Of a stretch of 64,000 bases of DNA, positions 13,606 through 26,475 are shown piece by piece. The position numbers and the translations under genes were made by a program. Source of the DNA: Callorhinchus milii (taxonomy: Eukaryota); NCBI RefSeq assembly GCF_018977255.1, contig NW_024704743.1, positions 51,524,001 through 51,588,000 of the forward strand, in the 5' to 3' direction. Position 1 is the stretch's first letter. Every line of letters starts with the position of its first letter. Below the pieces are notes generated by a model. The model searched no databases. It saw only the letters and a program-made list of their open reading frames with translations, and was not told the DNA's origin.

Positions 13606-13812
13606 TGGGATCTAAATTGCGAGATTTGCAAACCTATTTGTAACTAACAAATCCCGGATGTGTTGTAGGGATGCTTTTGAATTTTACTCAGTGACAATCT
13701 AAATTCTGACTTTCCGTGAAGTCAGCGTCTGAGTTCTGGAGGTTCTGGGCACGATACATGCAGGAGTGGCCAGTTACTAATCCTTTTTGCATATCTCACA
13801 AATTAGAACCCA
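13606..13812. mobile_element. MITE-like element with about 40-bp imperfect terminal inverted repeats
   Basis: Left tgggatctaaattgcgagatttgcaaa versus right rc tgggttctaatttgtgagatatgcaaa; internal hairpin ctgactt-tccgtg-aagtcag. Confidence 0.7.
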
Positions 13813-15539
13813 ATCTCATAAGCCATAAACAGCCTCTGGCCTTTGAGTTGGCATTTAATCAGTTCAGACTCGCTCATTAATTTACCTTCCAGACAAATGG
13901 ATGATATCGCTTAAAACACAATACAAATATGTTCCAGTTTGTAGAATTGATGATCATTAGAATAGAAGAGAAAAAATACCAAGAGATCATTGACTATTTC
14001 CACTTAATAGTAAAAGTGGATATCTTAGTTTCACTGAAATAGTCATGAGCTGGTAATTATCAATCCTCTATTGAAAACTTTATTTGTTTCATTTCTGAGG
14101 CATAATCTGACCAGTACGTTCATTGCCAACAAAGGAGATTCACTTAATGTATCAAAAAAAATTCTAATTTGAAAAAAAATGCAAACTGATATGCAATAGG
14201 AATTTGTATTCTAAATCATTGCTGTATGAGATCCACGTTGAAACACACAACAGAGGGTTATGAAAAGGGTTAAAAGTTTAATAAGCTGGAAGGAGGGGGG
14301 AGGAATACTGAAGGTTTAGCATATGGCAGCACAAGTATGATGCCCTGTAGATGGTTCATTTCAAGTTGCCAGTGAACCATCCTTTCAGTTTCTCCATCCA
14401 TCCTGTTATACAAACAGAAGCCGGGCTGAAAAATGCAGCTGCTTCCTAATGGAAAACCCAGCTTGTTACTGGCACTTATTTGCAGTTTTCCTTAACTTGC
14501 CATGATTACATTCTAGGGACCTTTCACTTTCCCCCAGCTGATCCTCGTCTTGTTACACTGCATTAATGACACTTCAGTCATTCTGGCTTTCAAGTAGAGC
14601 CCTTCCAGCCTGAACAGAGGGTTGACATTTCCTGACATTTTCCGAACTAATTACAGTACAAATAATTAAGCATGTTCTCGTATGTAACAAACGAAGGCAA
14701 AACCGACTGTCAGCAGCGGTGATTGATGACACTCCTGGAGACTTTATCTGATGGGTCCTGCCATAAGGTACAGAGGAAGCAAATTTATTAGAATGAACAA
14801 TGCAAATTCCAGTCATCTGATGGAGATACGCACCCAGTCAGTATCTGTGTCAAGGTGAATGTGACAATGAAAGCAAAATATTTGCATTTTGTTTTACCAG
14901 TTGAGGAGGGAAATCAGAGCAAAAGGATGACAGGCCTAATTATTCTCGATTGTACAGGCCAAGACAGCTATTTCTGCTGTCCAAAACAGGGATGTCACCA
15001 AGGTAACTAAGATGGTCTGTGTATTAGCTCATGTCCAACACTATACTGTAACTGTCTACCTGCACTGGCCAGCACTGACGTTACTGCCATTCCCATCAAA
15101 GCATTGTATGTGTCAGAGTGTAATCTCTCTGTGTGGCAGTCATCTCTCTGCTACATAATTACTTGTTAGTAAATTAATTCCTATCTGTCAGTATCTGTGC
15201 TAGTGACAACGACGACCATGACAAATTATAATGTCACTATAGCAACACCTACCACAGCTAAGGACCAAAACAACTGGGCCAGCAAGAAACAGGCCTGCTC
15301 AACAACATCAGTTATAGGAAAGGTAGCGTTCAAGTGTTGCTCCTGGTGTAATTTCAACCCAGAATGACAATTGGTTAGCTACAGGAGAATCTCATTATTA
15401 CTGTGTTATCACAGTTGTCTCACCCCAGAAGGAGTCTAACTTGCCTTCTAAATTAAGAGACTGCAAATTAAGAATACTGCATCGAATTACCTGGATGTTC
15501 GAGAATTGGACCCACCACACCTCCTCCCCCCACCCTCCC

Positions 15540-15555
15540 CACACACACACACACA
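15540..15555. repeat. (CA)n microsatellite
   Basis: Run of cacacacacacacaca. Confidence 0.85.
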
Positions 15556-16809
15556 GAGTGTTCTCACTGATGATCTTCTAAATGTGAGCTTGCATTTATC
15601 CAAGGACAAGCAGATCACCGCTTTACTGAAATTCGGAGTATAGGCACAATCTTGCTATCAGGCAGCAGATAGGAATGGTCTAGTTGCTAGAAGATGGATA
15701 CTCCATCCGGCTACAGGTTGTTGAAAATGGGATCCTGTGGAGGAGGTTTGCCTACAGTGTGATCAGTTAGTTCACAATCAATATTTAAGAAATCTCTTTA
15801 TTTAAACGTGTCTGGTTTCAGGGAAGGATAATGGTAAAAATCCGATGAGTCCCTTTTAAGTATTACATTACTGTTCTCCATAAGTTTGGGACAATGAGGT
15901 TTGGATTTACATTTTTAGTTAGATATAAATGATTTGAACCTCGGGAGAAGAATCTATATATACATTAACCTTGTATTCTATTTTAAACAAAGTTCCCAAA
16001 CAAATAAATGTACCTACAAAGCTGCAATATTTTTACAAGAGGCAAATGAAATAATACTGGATCTAAAATTATAGTAGCTGTAACAAAATTTGAGATAAAA
16101 GCTTATTTGTCTATATAGGGCAATATAACTTGCCTGAATCATAGACCCAGCTTAATTAATTTAAGAAGTGAATAATCATAGACAATATGATGCCCAGGTT
16201 TTGGTTAGATGCTGATGTGGCAAAGTATTCTGATATAATTTTTGCTATCAAGAAACATTGTTAATAATGGTAACGCAAAAAGGAAAATTAAATCACCAAC
16301 CAATTACAGTTTATTGACTAGCACAAAAGGTTGTCAATAAACTATCTCTGAAATGGCAACCTAATTCAATCTGTTTAGTGAAAACCACATATCACTATTG
16401 TATTACCTACTTATTACATATATTACTTTTGTATTGTAATTCAATGATATTTTAACTCATGAGACATTCATCAACATTACCATAAATGATACTAATTGAA
16501 AGCTCAGCAAAACCTAGCAGTCATTTATCATACTATCCCAAGCAAAATAATAAAGCACTGTAATATTTTACATTTATTAAACAAAATGCTGCTTTCAACA
16601 ATCATTTTGCTGGAGACTCTCATGACTATTTTTCAATTCAGCTTTGCAATAATTGAATACAAGAGTGGTTCCAAAAACGATCTTTAATTGTTTCTGCCCT
16701 GGACAGTTCCATGATTTCCTGGGCCAGATATTGTGCTGGACACGAGAACAAGCCCCTTCACTATGCCATGTTCAACCAGGTTAGGATCTGGAGTGCATGT
16801 GCACTCCAT

Positions 16810-17048
16810 CCCCCAGTTCCTTCGCCTTGCTTCCTCTCTTTCCTCCTTCAAGGCCGGTCTCAAGACCTTTCTCTTTGACCATGCCTTCAGCTGCCCTCTT
16901 GACTCTCTACCCCCTCCTCGCTCCCTCCCTTCCCTCCCCTCACCCTGACCATTTCCCCCCTGCTCGGGTCCTGACCCAACTGTACAGCGCCTTGGGACGT
17001 GCTCCCGACGTGAAAGGCGCTTTATAAATGAAATCTTGTTGTTGTTGA
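16810..17048 (+). mobile_element. L2 3' end
   Basis: [17 protein letters not shown] segment, then gggacgtgctcccgacgtgaaaggcgctttataaatg and (TTG)n. Confidence 0.9.
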
Positions 17049-17659
17049 TGTGTCCTCAAAGTAACCTTCGGGTACCACTTTACAAGCTACAGATTTAGTT
17101 AAGTATTATCCAGTAAAACCTCATTGACAGGCCACAACTTGAGATCGAAAACTTCAGCAGCAACCAAATAAAAATGGACAAGAATCAGGCAAACAGCATT
17201 GTAGTTTTCAGCTGCCATTGTTATTGCTTAATTTTAAGTGATGGGATGGGATGGGAGAGGATGTTGAAAATACACTGAAGCAGATTCAAGTTGGTAACTC
17301 AACAAACAGGAGAAAGAATGCCCTTTCTTCTTTCAAAAATAAAAGAACTCAAAATGTACTGAGTATGTTTCTTTGTTTTACAGGGAATAGCCACATTAGC
17401 ACATTTTTGTTTCAATAACTGAGCTATAGGGAGTTGCAGTTATTGGGCATTATCTTCTGAATTTCTCAGTTGGAGGTGGTGACCACACACCAAAGCAGTA
17501 CAATGTGTGCTGACAACATTCACCGTAGCATACAGGTCAGAATTGGGATATTTCTGAATACATTCCATTGTTACATGAATAATCAAGGTTAACGTAGGTT
17601 TGGAATTACCTTACCCTGAGCTCTGAATAATGGAGCACCCAAAAAAAGGATGAGAGAAC

Positions 17660-17770
17660 CTAAGAAGATAAGAATTCTTTGGGCAAAAGAAGATCATAAC
17701 CTATCAATTCGCCTTCCACCATTCTGGCAGTCACATGTCATGTCCCAAACTATATATTGCATCCTGAGAT
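17660..17770 (-). mobile_element. CR1-like 3' UTR (second subfamily)
   Basis: Reverse complement matches 8775-8885. Confidence 0.6.
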
Positions 17771-18169
17771 ATAAGAACATAAGAACTGTAAGAGTGTTGG
17801 AATTATAAGACCATCTCGGATTCCTGGCTTGGTGAGGCTGCTGTTCTCAGAGCAAACTTCTAAGTTACTACTTTAGGAGATTATAGATTTAATGAATTTA
17901 TTATTGTGTAAAGCCACATTAACATTCACATGCTGAGACTCAAAGCTTCAGTGTGGCCCAGTAAAAAGGTACAAGAATCGTTCGAGCGACATATTTGTGG
18001 TTTGCGGCTGGCAGAGTCACCGCTTATTATTAGTCACCGCTTTATTATTAGGTTATTAGGCCTTGCCGCACAAATGGAATATCATCTTAACTATTGAGCT
18101 AATTATTGAGATTGGCCGTTAATCCAAACATCCATGTAACAAGGACAGCAGCTTTACGCTCAATGGACA

Positions 18170-18445
18170 CAGACCTGCTACATGTCCCCTAATCCCTCCA
18201 CACGTCCATCAGTATCCAAGTCTTTCAGTCACTATGCCCCTAACCTTGGAAATCTCGCCACCTCCCAACTGCTTTTTATTTATCTTTAAATCTCTCCTTA
18301 AGACTTACCTTTCCAACCATACATATGATCAGCTCATCCTCCTCCCTCTCCCTCGCTCAGTGTGTGACCCCGGCATTGTGCAGCACTTTGAGACACTATA
18401 CTGCACAAAGAGCGCAATATAAATGCAAGTTCTCGTCATTGTTTC
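18170..18445 (+). mobile_element. L2 3' end, older
   Basis: ctttcagtcactatgcccctaaccttggaa...tttaaatctctccttaagacttacct...gcgcaatataaatgcaagtt. Confidence 0.75.
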
Positions 18446-18649
18446 TGTTAAATACTTAAAAAGAACTGTACAAATATGCTTTTCAAATTAAGACTTAATT
18501 TAAGAATTTTCTACAATTGTCCGGGATCTTACATTTCAAGACAGTTGTTGGTCTTAAGCATAAGACAGTGAAACATTCTGGGCTTCTCGGGTCCTGAATC
18601 ACAGAGACCCACAGATGATCACACACTTGTAAAAATAAATGTTGAAGCT

Positions 18650-18985
18650 GCAGGTCATATCAATGCAGTGTTGGGAAAGCTCTGTATTGGAGGAGGTGCC
18701 ATCCTTCGGATGAAATGTTAAACCAAAGTCCTGGTGCCTCTGTCTAGGTGGACTTTAAAGATTTTTTGACACAATTCAAAAGGAGAATAGTTTCTCTTGG
18801 TGGGCTGGCCGACAATCCCCCTGCCGAAAAATATGTGGTAATTTACTTAATGGCTGTGTGTGGGACAGTTGCCACTTTCACCCACAAAATATACAGTCGC
18901 TACACTTCACAGTGTACCCTGAGAAGTGCTTTCAGCTGTTTCAATGTGAAAAGGTTCTATAACAAATGCAAAGATTATTTTATTA
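18650..18985 (+). mobile_element. Old Deu-domain-type SINE
   Basis: ggaggtgccatccttcggatgaaatgttaaaccaaagtcc...ggtggactttaaaga core plus tail. Confidence 0.8.
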
Positions 18986-19197
18986 TACAAGAGGACAAGC
19001 TGGCCAAAACATCAAAATATCAAGTGTTTATGTTGGCAAGTATGAGGCTGTGAAAGAGTAATTGCTGAGATGATTTATTAGGTAAGGGGGCACTCTCCCT
19101 ATACACTTCAGACAGGCTGGAAAGTCACTCTATAAGATTTAAATTGCTTGGCTATAATGTCATAGTGTGCTACACAAAAGAGAGCTTTGCTAATGAA

Positions 19198-19337
19198 TTA
19201 TAATATATAATAATTATCCTTGTATTTCATATAGCGCCTTATCACGTCGTCAAGATGTCTCAAAGCGTAGAGATATGTGGAGTAAGGAAACTTGCCTAAC
19301 GTTTTGGCCTGCCTGGGAATCAAACCCAGGTTCTCAG
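19198..19337 (-). mobile_element. Young SINE, internally deleted fragment
   Basis: The tail is fused directly to gtggagtaaggaaacttgcc and the B-box region. Confidence 0.8.
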
Positions 19338-19563
19338 CATTGTGGTATAATTTGATGGAGTGAGATATTATTGTGGATGTGATATTATTTTGCAAATAAT
19401 ATTATTGTGCCATGTTTTGCTATAATTGGTATTAATAACAGAAGTGATAACACAGTAGTTCAAGGGACATCTTGAAAAAATATATTTTTTTTATTGTGTC
19501 TATTACACATTTGAACCAAAATGTTACTGTTTATTTGAAACTTGTCTCTAACCTACATACGTC

Positions 19564-19874
19564 GAGACCTGTAGCTCAGTGGTTAGAGCACTCGCTTTGC
19601 AAGCGAGAGACCTGGGTTCGATTCCTGGCAGGGTGAAACCTTTGGCAAGTTTCCTTACTCCACACGTCTGATAATCCCTCAAGNAAAAAACAATAATAGA
19701 TTGGTCATTTCAATCCACGACTGTTTGTGGGACACTGCTGTGCGCAATTGGCTGCCACATTTCGCTCATAAATATACAGTCAATTCACTTTACAGTCTAT
19801 TCTGTGAAGCACTTTGAGAAGTCTAGAAGACGTGAAAAGCGTTATATCAAATGCAAGGGTTATTATTACTATTA
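19564..19874 (+). mobile_element. Young tRNA-derived SINE, short subfamily, full length
   Basis: A box (tagctcagtgg), B box (ggttcgattcc), TGC at the anticodon position, ggcaagtttccttactcc body and an ATT-rich tail. Confidence 0.92.
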
Positions 19875-20544
19875 TAAGTGCTGCTTTGGTATTACAAGTG
19901 CAAGTTACTTTACACGGGATGCACATTGCACACACCCCAACACAGTGAATCAAGAGGAATCCTTCGTCCTGTAACACACTCTACAATATTGCTGTCACTA
20001 AATCAAGTTGTTGTAAAGCAGTACTTCACTTAACACACAAAAGAACGGAAATTTGCAACGGAAATAATAAATGTGGAAAATTATATTTTCAAGTTTCTGC
20101 ATTGGCATTATTCCAAAGTCTTCNAAAAATTATAAATTAAAGCAATGAATGAGAATAAATGTGATCTATTTATACTGGAAATCTAGCTTTCAAAATAATA
20201 AATACCACTTCATGCAATTTGATTTGTCTTCCAGGTTCAATGTGGTTTTAGTGCAGCATTTCTCTTGAAAGAAAATAAATTCTGGCAGTTTTCCTGTTTT
20301 CAATGGTTGGGACTGTTGGCCTCTGGTCAAAGGGAAGGTTTAGCAGCAATAAGAAAACATATTACACTATTCTAGCTCTGTTGTGAAACATTTTGCTTGT
20401 GACAAACTGCTTGGTGCCATTTCTAATTTTGATAGTTCTGTCTCTTTGTGTTCACATTGGCCCATCCATCTCTTATTATTTCAAATTTAAAAGTCAAATG
20501 TTTCCAAATGCAGACTCTGAAAGTTGAAAGGCAGCACTTATAAG

Positions 20545-20760
20545 GCTATGCAATTTATATTTGCATAATGCCCTCCATGTCAGAAGGACATTTCAAATCG
20601 CTTGACACTTCTGGCTGGGCTCCCGAGTTCGGGTTCGGAGCGGGAAAGATGACTGAAAGCACAGTCAAAGATGTATGTTTTGAGAGGAGCCTTGAATGAG
20701 GGGAGGGAGGGAGTTAGGTGGAGAGACTCCAGGAGAGTGTTCTAGAATGTGCGAGCAGAA
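20545..20760 (-). mobile_element. L2 3' end
   Basis: Reverse-complement homolog of 32900-33110. Confidence 0.7.
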
Positions 20761-21234
20761 TGCTTATACAGTTTCACAGTGAAAGAGGAAATCTAAAAAT
20801 GGTAGAAGTTTCCCAAAGTTGCCTTCTGCTCAATTGGGATAATCATATTTTGGGACTGGGAAAAGCACAGATTTTATTATGTCTTCATTAGATCATTGCT
20901 TGGAATACTTATTCAACAATCAAATTCAGATAAAACCCAATTCAATTGCTAGAATTCAAAATTGAAATCAGTGCTAATTATCATATCAAACGATTAAAAA
21001 TCTCACGTATTTGATAAGGTCCTGTTTGATGAGGTCAACTCCATTCAAAAGATTTTATGGAAACAGAAAAGGGTAGAATATTGGACTGAAAAGTAAAACA
21101 TGTAAAGAAAGGATACTAAAACTGGATGAATTGTAGATCTCTACATGTTTACTTCAAGTAGACCCAGCAAAAAGCACTTAGGCTCAAAGAATTGGATTCA
21201 GGATTCAACCAGTATCTATTGGTGCCTCAGCCTG

Positions 21235-21640
21235 GCCAGTTTTTAGCAAGTCAGAAGGTGATTGATTCAGGCCCCAATGTTAAGATTTTGAACTCTTACT
21301 CCAATGGTTGAGACTCCAATGAGATGCTTGGGTAGCATTGCATTTATAATGGAAGGTAACACTGTATTTTTGGACATGCTGTCCTTTGGAAAAGACGTTA
21401 AACTGAGGGCCCATCTGCCTTTTCAGGTGGACATTAAAGATCCCATGTAAAAGGGAAGGTTGTTTCCCAGATTAAATTTGTCATTCACTTCATGGCTATT
21501 TGTGGGTCATTGCTATGTGCAAATTGGCAGCCGTGTTCCCGTACAAATACACAGACACTACACATTAGAATTAATCTGTGAGGCCCTTTGAAACATTTTG
21601 ACAATTGGATAAAGCACTAGAAGAAATGTAAGGATATTTA
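21235..21640 (+). mobile_element. Old Deu-domain-type SINE, near full length
   Basis: agtcagaaggt head remnant; gacgttaaactgagggcccatctgccttttcaggtggacattaaagatcccatg core; tail present. Confidence 0.85.
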
Positions 21641-22694
21641 TCAACGTATATGCAATGACTGTAATAATATAAAATGATCTAATTTAGCATTCGTTTAATC
21701 CCAATTTCATTTCAGAAGTTCTTTTGTGTAAAGAATGGATATATTCCTGGAAGGTAGAATACTAACATGCATTCTTACAATTCTTAGTTATCATTCCACC
21801 TTAAAGATCTAATTGTCACAACCAGAGTTGAAAATGTCCCTTTCTCTAACACAGCCCCCTTTCTTTGAAACAAACATCTGCCTCTTCTGCAATCACATTC
21901 TCCATACACTCCCACTCGAGTCTTTAACCTTCTTTTCATCTGCAGATGCTGCAATGCACATCTCTGCCTTGAACTCTGGGGATAAAAATTAAAAATAAAA
22001 CTGGAGGGAGAATGAATGAAAAACTGAACAAAAGCAATACACTTTAAGATGTGTTGATTTCCTCCCTTCTTGCAGCATCACGCCCTCCATTCTTTTATCT
22101 GCTTTGACAGGATCATGGGAATACCCTTGCAAAGCAGCCAATTTTCTCACCAAACTTTGGCATTGCTCCCATTCACGTGAACAGAGTCCTCAATGAATGT
22201 AAGACTTTGGTGTAAAATATACCTATTGCAACTACTGTAATAGCTTTTGAAATCAAGTCCCCATGATTTAACATGCACTGAGGAAGGAAATCATTGTTAG
22301 TGGTTTCACTTGAACTGGCCTACTGAGATTGCTGCCTCTCAGCAGGGCCAGTTCATTTTTTAACTCTTACTTTGCAGAGAAACAAAACATCGCTTATGAG
22401 AAAGAGTGACTTTGAAGTATAGTGAACGTTATTACAAAAGCAAATTCACAAGCCAATCTGCACCAACAATACCCCACAAACAGCAAAGAGATTAATTTAA
22501 ATTATCTGGGAGCGAATTTGGATGAGAGAAGAAATATTGACAAGCCCAAATCACATTTCTATCACTAAATTGGTAGGGAAATAAAAGGACATTTCAGAAA
22601 TTAAAGAGGGGAAAAAAGGGAAATGAAGGAAGATGAATCAAAAAGCAGAAAAAGTGAAAGACAGAAGGTAAATAGTTCTGGTGCAGAGCAGTAA

Positions 22695-22761
22695 CCAGCA
22701 CCTTGGGACGTCCTCCCGACATGAAAGGAGCTATACAAATTTAATTTGTTGTTGTTGTTGT
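22695..22761 (+). mobile_element. L2 extreme 3' tail
   Basis: ccttgggacgtcctcccgacatgaaaggagctatac followed by (TTG)n. Confidence 0.85.
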
Positions 22762-23160
22762 AATAATGGAAACTAGAATCCAGTTGTGAGAAATTGCTTT
22801 ATATGGAGCTTCAACTAACAACAATAAAATGTTTGTATCGATTCAGTTATTTCATAACAAAAACTTATATTAGCATGTTGGACACTCTAAATTTAATGAA
22901 CAACAATAACAACAATTTGCATTTCTATAGCGCACTTCACCAGGGTAATGTCTTGGAGCACATTAGAGGTATGAAGAAAAGTAATGTCCTTTCTACCAGA
23001 AATTTCCTGATCTTAGTTGTAGTGTGACTGAAATAGAAAAAGGCCTGCTTCATGATCTCCTTGTTAAAAGTCATTGTTTTGAGTACCAAAGACATGTCAG
23101 AAACTGACAATCCCAAATTCTAATCTTTTATTAATTCTCAAAAAGTCAAGGAGATACTAG

Positions 23161-23398
23161 TAAGAGCTCAAAGTTCCAAGTAGTCTTAGCCTTTAAGACC
23201 CATTTGTCTTGAAATTTAAGTTCATGAAAAATTATGCAAAATTCTTAAATTTGTTCTTAATTTAAAAGTCAGTTTTCTAAAGTTTTTTTAAAAAAAGGAT
23301 TAAGCCTCAATTTAAGAATGTCCCACAATTCTATGTGATCTTAAGTTTTAATACCAAATGGTCTTTCAGGCTAAATCTAGATGAAATTTTGAGCCTTA
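23161..23398. repeat. Long imperfect palindrome (fold-back family A)
   Basis: Left ttagcctttaagacccatttgtcttgaaatttaagttca versus right rc ttagcctgaaagaccatttggtattaaaacttaagatca. Confidence 0.8.
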
Positions 23399-23466
23399 GT
23401 GTGGATTGTAACAGATCTAATAGGGCAGTTAGGATTAAATACAGAGGGTGGTGAGAATGTGGAAGT

Positions 23467-23580
23467 ATAATAATAACAATAATAATCCTTGCATTTGATA
23501 TAGCGCTTTTCACGTCTTCTCAACGTCTCAAAGCGCTTCACAGAATAGACTGTAAAGTAAATTGACCGTATATTTGTGGA
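23467..23580 (-). mobile_element. Young SINE 3' fragment
   Basis: aataatccttgcatttgatatagcgcttttcacgtc...cacagaatagactgtaaagt. Confidence 0.9.
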
Positions 23581-23808
23581 ACTCACTATTGGAAGCTGTG
23601 ATTCAAGCAAAATCATCAATATATTTAAGAGGAAACTTGATTACCTGAGGGAGCATTATATGTGGGTGTGTGGAATAGTAGAGTGGAGGCTTGTGTGGAA
23701 TATTTGTACCGGCAGGGAGGGACTAGTTGGGCTGAATGTCTTGTTTCCATGCCACATCATGCTACATATTCAGCAAACAACCTACATCAGTTAACAAATG
23801 ACTCTTGG

Positions 23809-24890
23809 AACAGAACAACAAAAACTTGCATTTATATGGCACCCTCCACACCAGGCGGCGTCTCAGAGCGCTTAACAATGACGGAGCCCGAGACTGAGCC
23901 AGGGGGAGGGATAAGGTGACCGTAGGTGCGGTCGAAGAGGAAGGTCTTCAGGCGCAACCTGAGATGGGGAAGGAGGGGGCGAGATGAATGGATTGAGGGA
24001 GTTCCAAAATTCCAGGGCGTAGTGATTGAGGCATGACCGCCGATGGGGAGCAGAGGATTTGTGGGACACGGAAGAGGCCGGACCCAGTAGAGCGGAGGCA
24101 GCAGGTACTGCTGTGGGGCACGAGGAGGTTAGAAAGATAGCAGGGGGCAAGGAATGGAGGGCTTTAAACACTAGACTGAGGATCTTGAAGTTGATCCACT
24201 CTACGACAGGGAGCCAGTGGAGTTTGGCAAGAATTGGAGTAATCGGGGTATAGAGTTTGGTGCGGGTGAGAATGTGGGCGGCGGACTTTTGAATGAGCTG
24301 AATTTTGTGAATAGTGGAGGAGGGGAGACCAGTGAGGAGGGCATTAGAGTATTCCAGCCGAGAGGTGACAAAGGCATCGACAAGGGTTTCAGTAGCTTTG
24401 GGGGTGCGGTATTGTCAGAGACCGGCAATGTGGAGGAGGTGGAAGAAAGCGATGCTGGTCAGGGATCGAATGTGGGGGAGGAAGGATAACTGGGAATCCA
24501 ATCTAACACTTAAGTTGCCCATAGGTTCAGAAAGTTTTAAAGACAGGTCGGGTAGGTTGAGGTGGTCGGAACCGTGGGACAGAAGACGTCGACGGCCAAA
24601 GAGTATGGCTTCTGTCTTGTTGACGTTTAACTGCAGGAAATTTGGGCTCATCCAGCTCTTGATGTCTGACAGACAAGCTGACAGAACATCAGGGGACTGG
24701 GCGTCCCAGCTGGAGGTGGAAAAGTAGAGTTGAGTGTCATCCACAGACACATGAAACCCCATTAACCCTGTGTCTGCGGATGACATCACCAAGAGGGAGC
24801 ATATAGATGAGGAAGAGAAGCGGGCCAAGGATGGATCCTTGGGGTACCCCGCAGGTGACCGGGTGGAAGCGAAAAGAAAAGCCATTTGCA
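23809..24890 (-). mobile_element. L2 LINE, 5'-truncated RT + 3' end
   Basis: Minus ORF 24415-24960 contains [31 protein letters not shown] and AFFHL; the tail lies at 23809-23840. Confidence 0.93.
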
Positions 24891-25852
24891 GAAATGTAAT
24901 GCTGGCAGAAATATAGGATCGATTATTAACTTTGTAATAAGATGATGTTACTGAAAGCAAAAGTTAAAAAGGGAGGTTTCAACTGTAGCAAAGCATAATC
25001 TGGTAGCCTAACTCTCTCTGACACGTTCCCCACATATTTAAACATTAAACTATGAGGATGCTGCTGCCAACTGATATGAAATTACAGCATCTACAATACA
25101 GATATATCAAAGCAATAGTATCACCAATATTCAGTAGGTTCTTTACATTTTAATCATGATTATACACACAAATAAAACAACAAAGTAATTCCCTAATATA
25201 AAATAATGGGATAAAATGTAAAAAACAATAATGCTAACAGTAAATCATATTAAGTCCCTTTAAATCCCATATATGCATTTACTGACTAACTCAGTCAGAG
25301 CAATATTGTCTTAATTGATTTTTCAAAAGAATCCTGACAGAAATATGTCAATGCATGAATATTTCTTCATGCATCATTAAAACAAGATTGGCTTTTAACA
25401 AAAGAAGAACCCTTTGCAGAATTGATTCTTGCTTCAGGCTGCCTGCAAGTAAGTGTATTACATAAAAATCTATACAGGATATTAAAACAACAGCACTCTG
25501 CAAGACAGTTACAATTAAAAGCTGACACCCACACCACTATTAAGATCTTGAAGACATCTGTAATCAATGTATGAATACATTTTGGTCCATTGTTTAATCT
25601 TATCGAGGGCTGTTCATCAGGTCAGCAGGTGTCTCTGGTGCAGTGTTGTACGGTGAAAGAAACAGCAGTCAAGTGGTGGAAGACTTTTCACTGTGTATGT
25701 GAATTTGGAGGCTGAGCTGGCTGCACAAGTCTGGTATGAGTTCAGCTGATGGAATATCACCCTGCAGCAGTCTGGCGACTCAACGATTCATAGCTGAGTC
25801 CAAGGAAGTTGCTTGTCAAGACAGAACACAATATTTTATTCAGTATCTTTCA

Positions 25853-26166
25853 TAATAATAATAATCCTTGCATTTGATATAGCGCTTTTCACGTCGGGAG
25901 GACGTCCCAAAGCGCTTCACAGAACACACTGTAAAGTGAATTGACTGTATATTTGTGGGCGAACATGGCAGCCAATTGCGCACAGTAATGCCCCACAAAC
26001 AGTCGTAGATTGAAAATGACCAATTTATTATTGTTTTTGGTTTTGGAGGGATTATTATTAGGTGTGTGGAGTAAGGAAACTTGCCCAAGGTTTCACCCTG
26101 CCTGGAATTGAACTCAGGTCTCTCACTTGCAAAGTGAGTGCTCTAACCACTGAGCTACAGGACTCC
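25853..26166 (-). mobile_element. Young tRNA-derived SINE, short subfamily, full length
   Basis: rc begins ggagtcctgtagctcagtggttagagc; nearly identical to 45127-45443. Confidence 0.95.
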
Positions 26167-26311
26167 TTTATGCAAGGCAACATGATTTTTAAAAATAAAT
26201 CTATATTTTTAAAAATGTGCTTTCACTAAGTTCATAAAATATTTGTGTTTTAATCAAGGTGAGGATGCTGAGAAATTTGTTTTTTTATTCTGTACCTCTA
26301 TTTTCATCATT

Positions 26312-26475
26312 AACAACAACAAAATAATTTTACATTATTGTAGTGCCTTTCAAGTCAGGAGGACATCTCAAAGCTTACACATTTCACAGAGCTGACTAGT
26401 AGCTTGGGTTAGAAGTGGGGAAGCTGAGGAAAGGGGCCACCACAAGTGTGGTCGAAAAGACAGATCTGAAGGATT
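26312..26475 (-). mobile_element. L2 3' end, degenerate
   Basis: (AAC)n tail, gtgcctttcaagtcaggaggacatctcaaagc and ggtcgaaaagacagatctgaagg. Confidence 0.65.

Noticed and set aside
18015..18052. Short direct duplication agtcaccgcttattatt x2
   Set aside because: A local slippage duplication with only two copies and no further structure.
19564..19635. tRNA-Ala(TGC)-like genes (also at about 26095-26166, 45372-45443, 49458, 52108, 56307)
   Set aside because: Each continues into the same SINE body and tail and pairs poorly in the acceptor stem, so these are SINE heads.
19684..20124. Two single N bases next to A-runs
   Set aside because: These are sequencing or assembly ambiguities at homopolymers, not biology.
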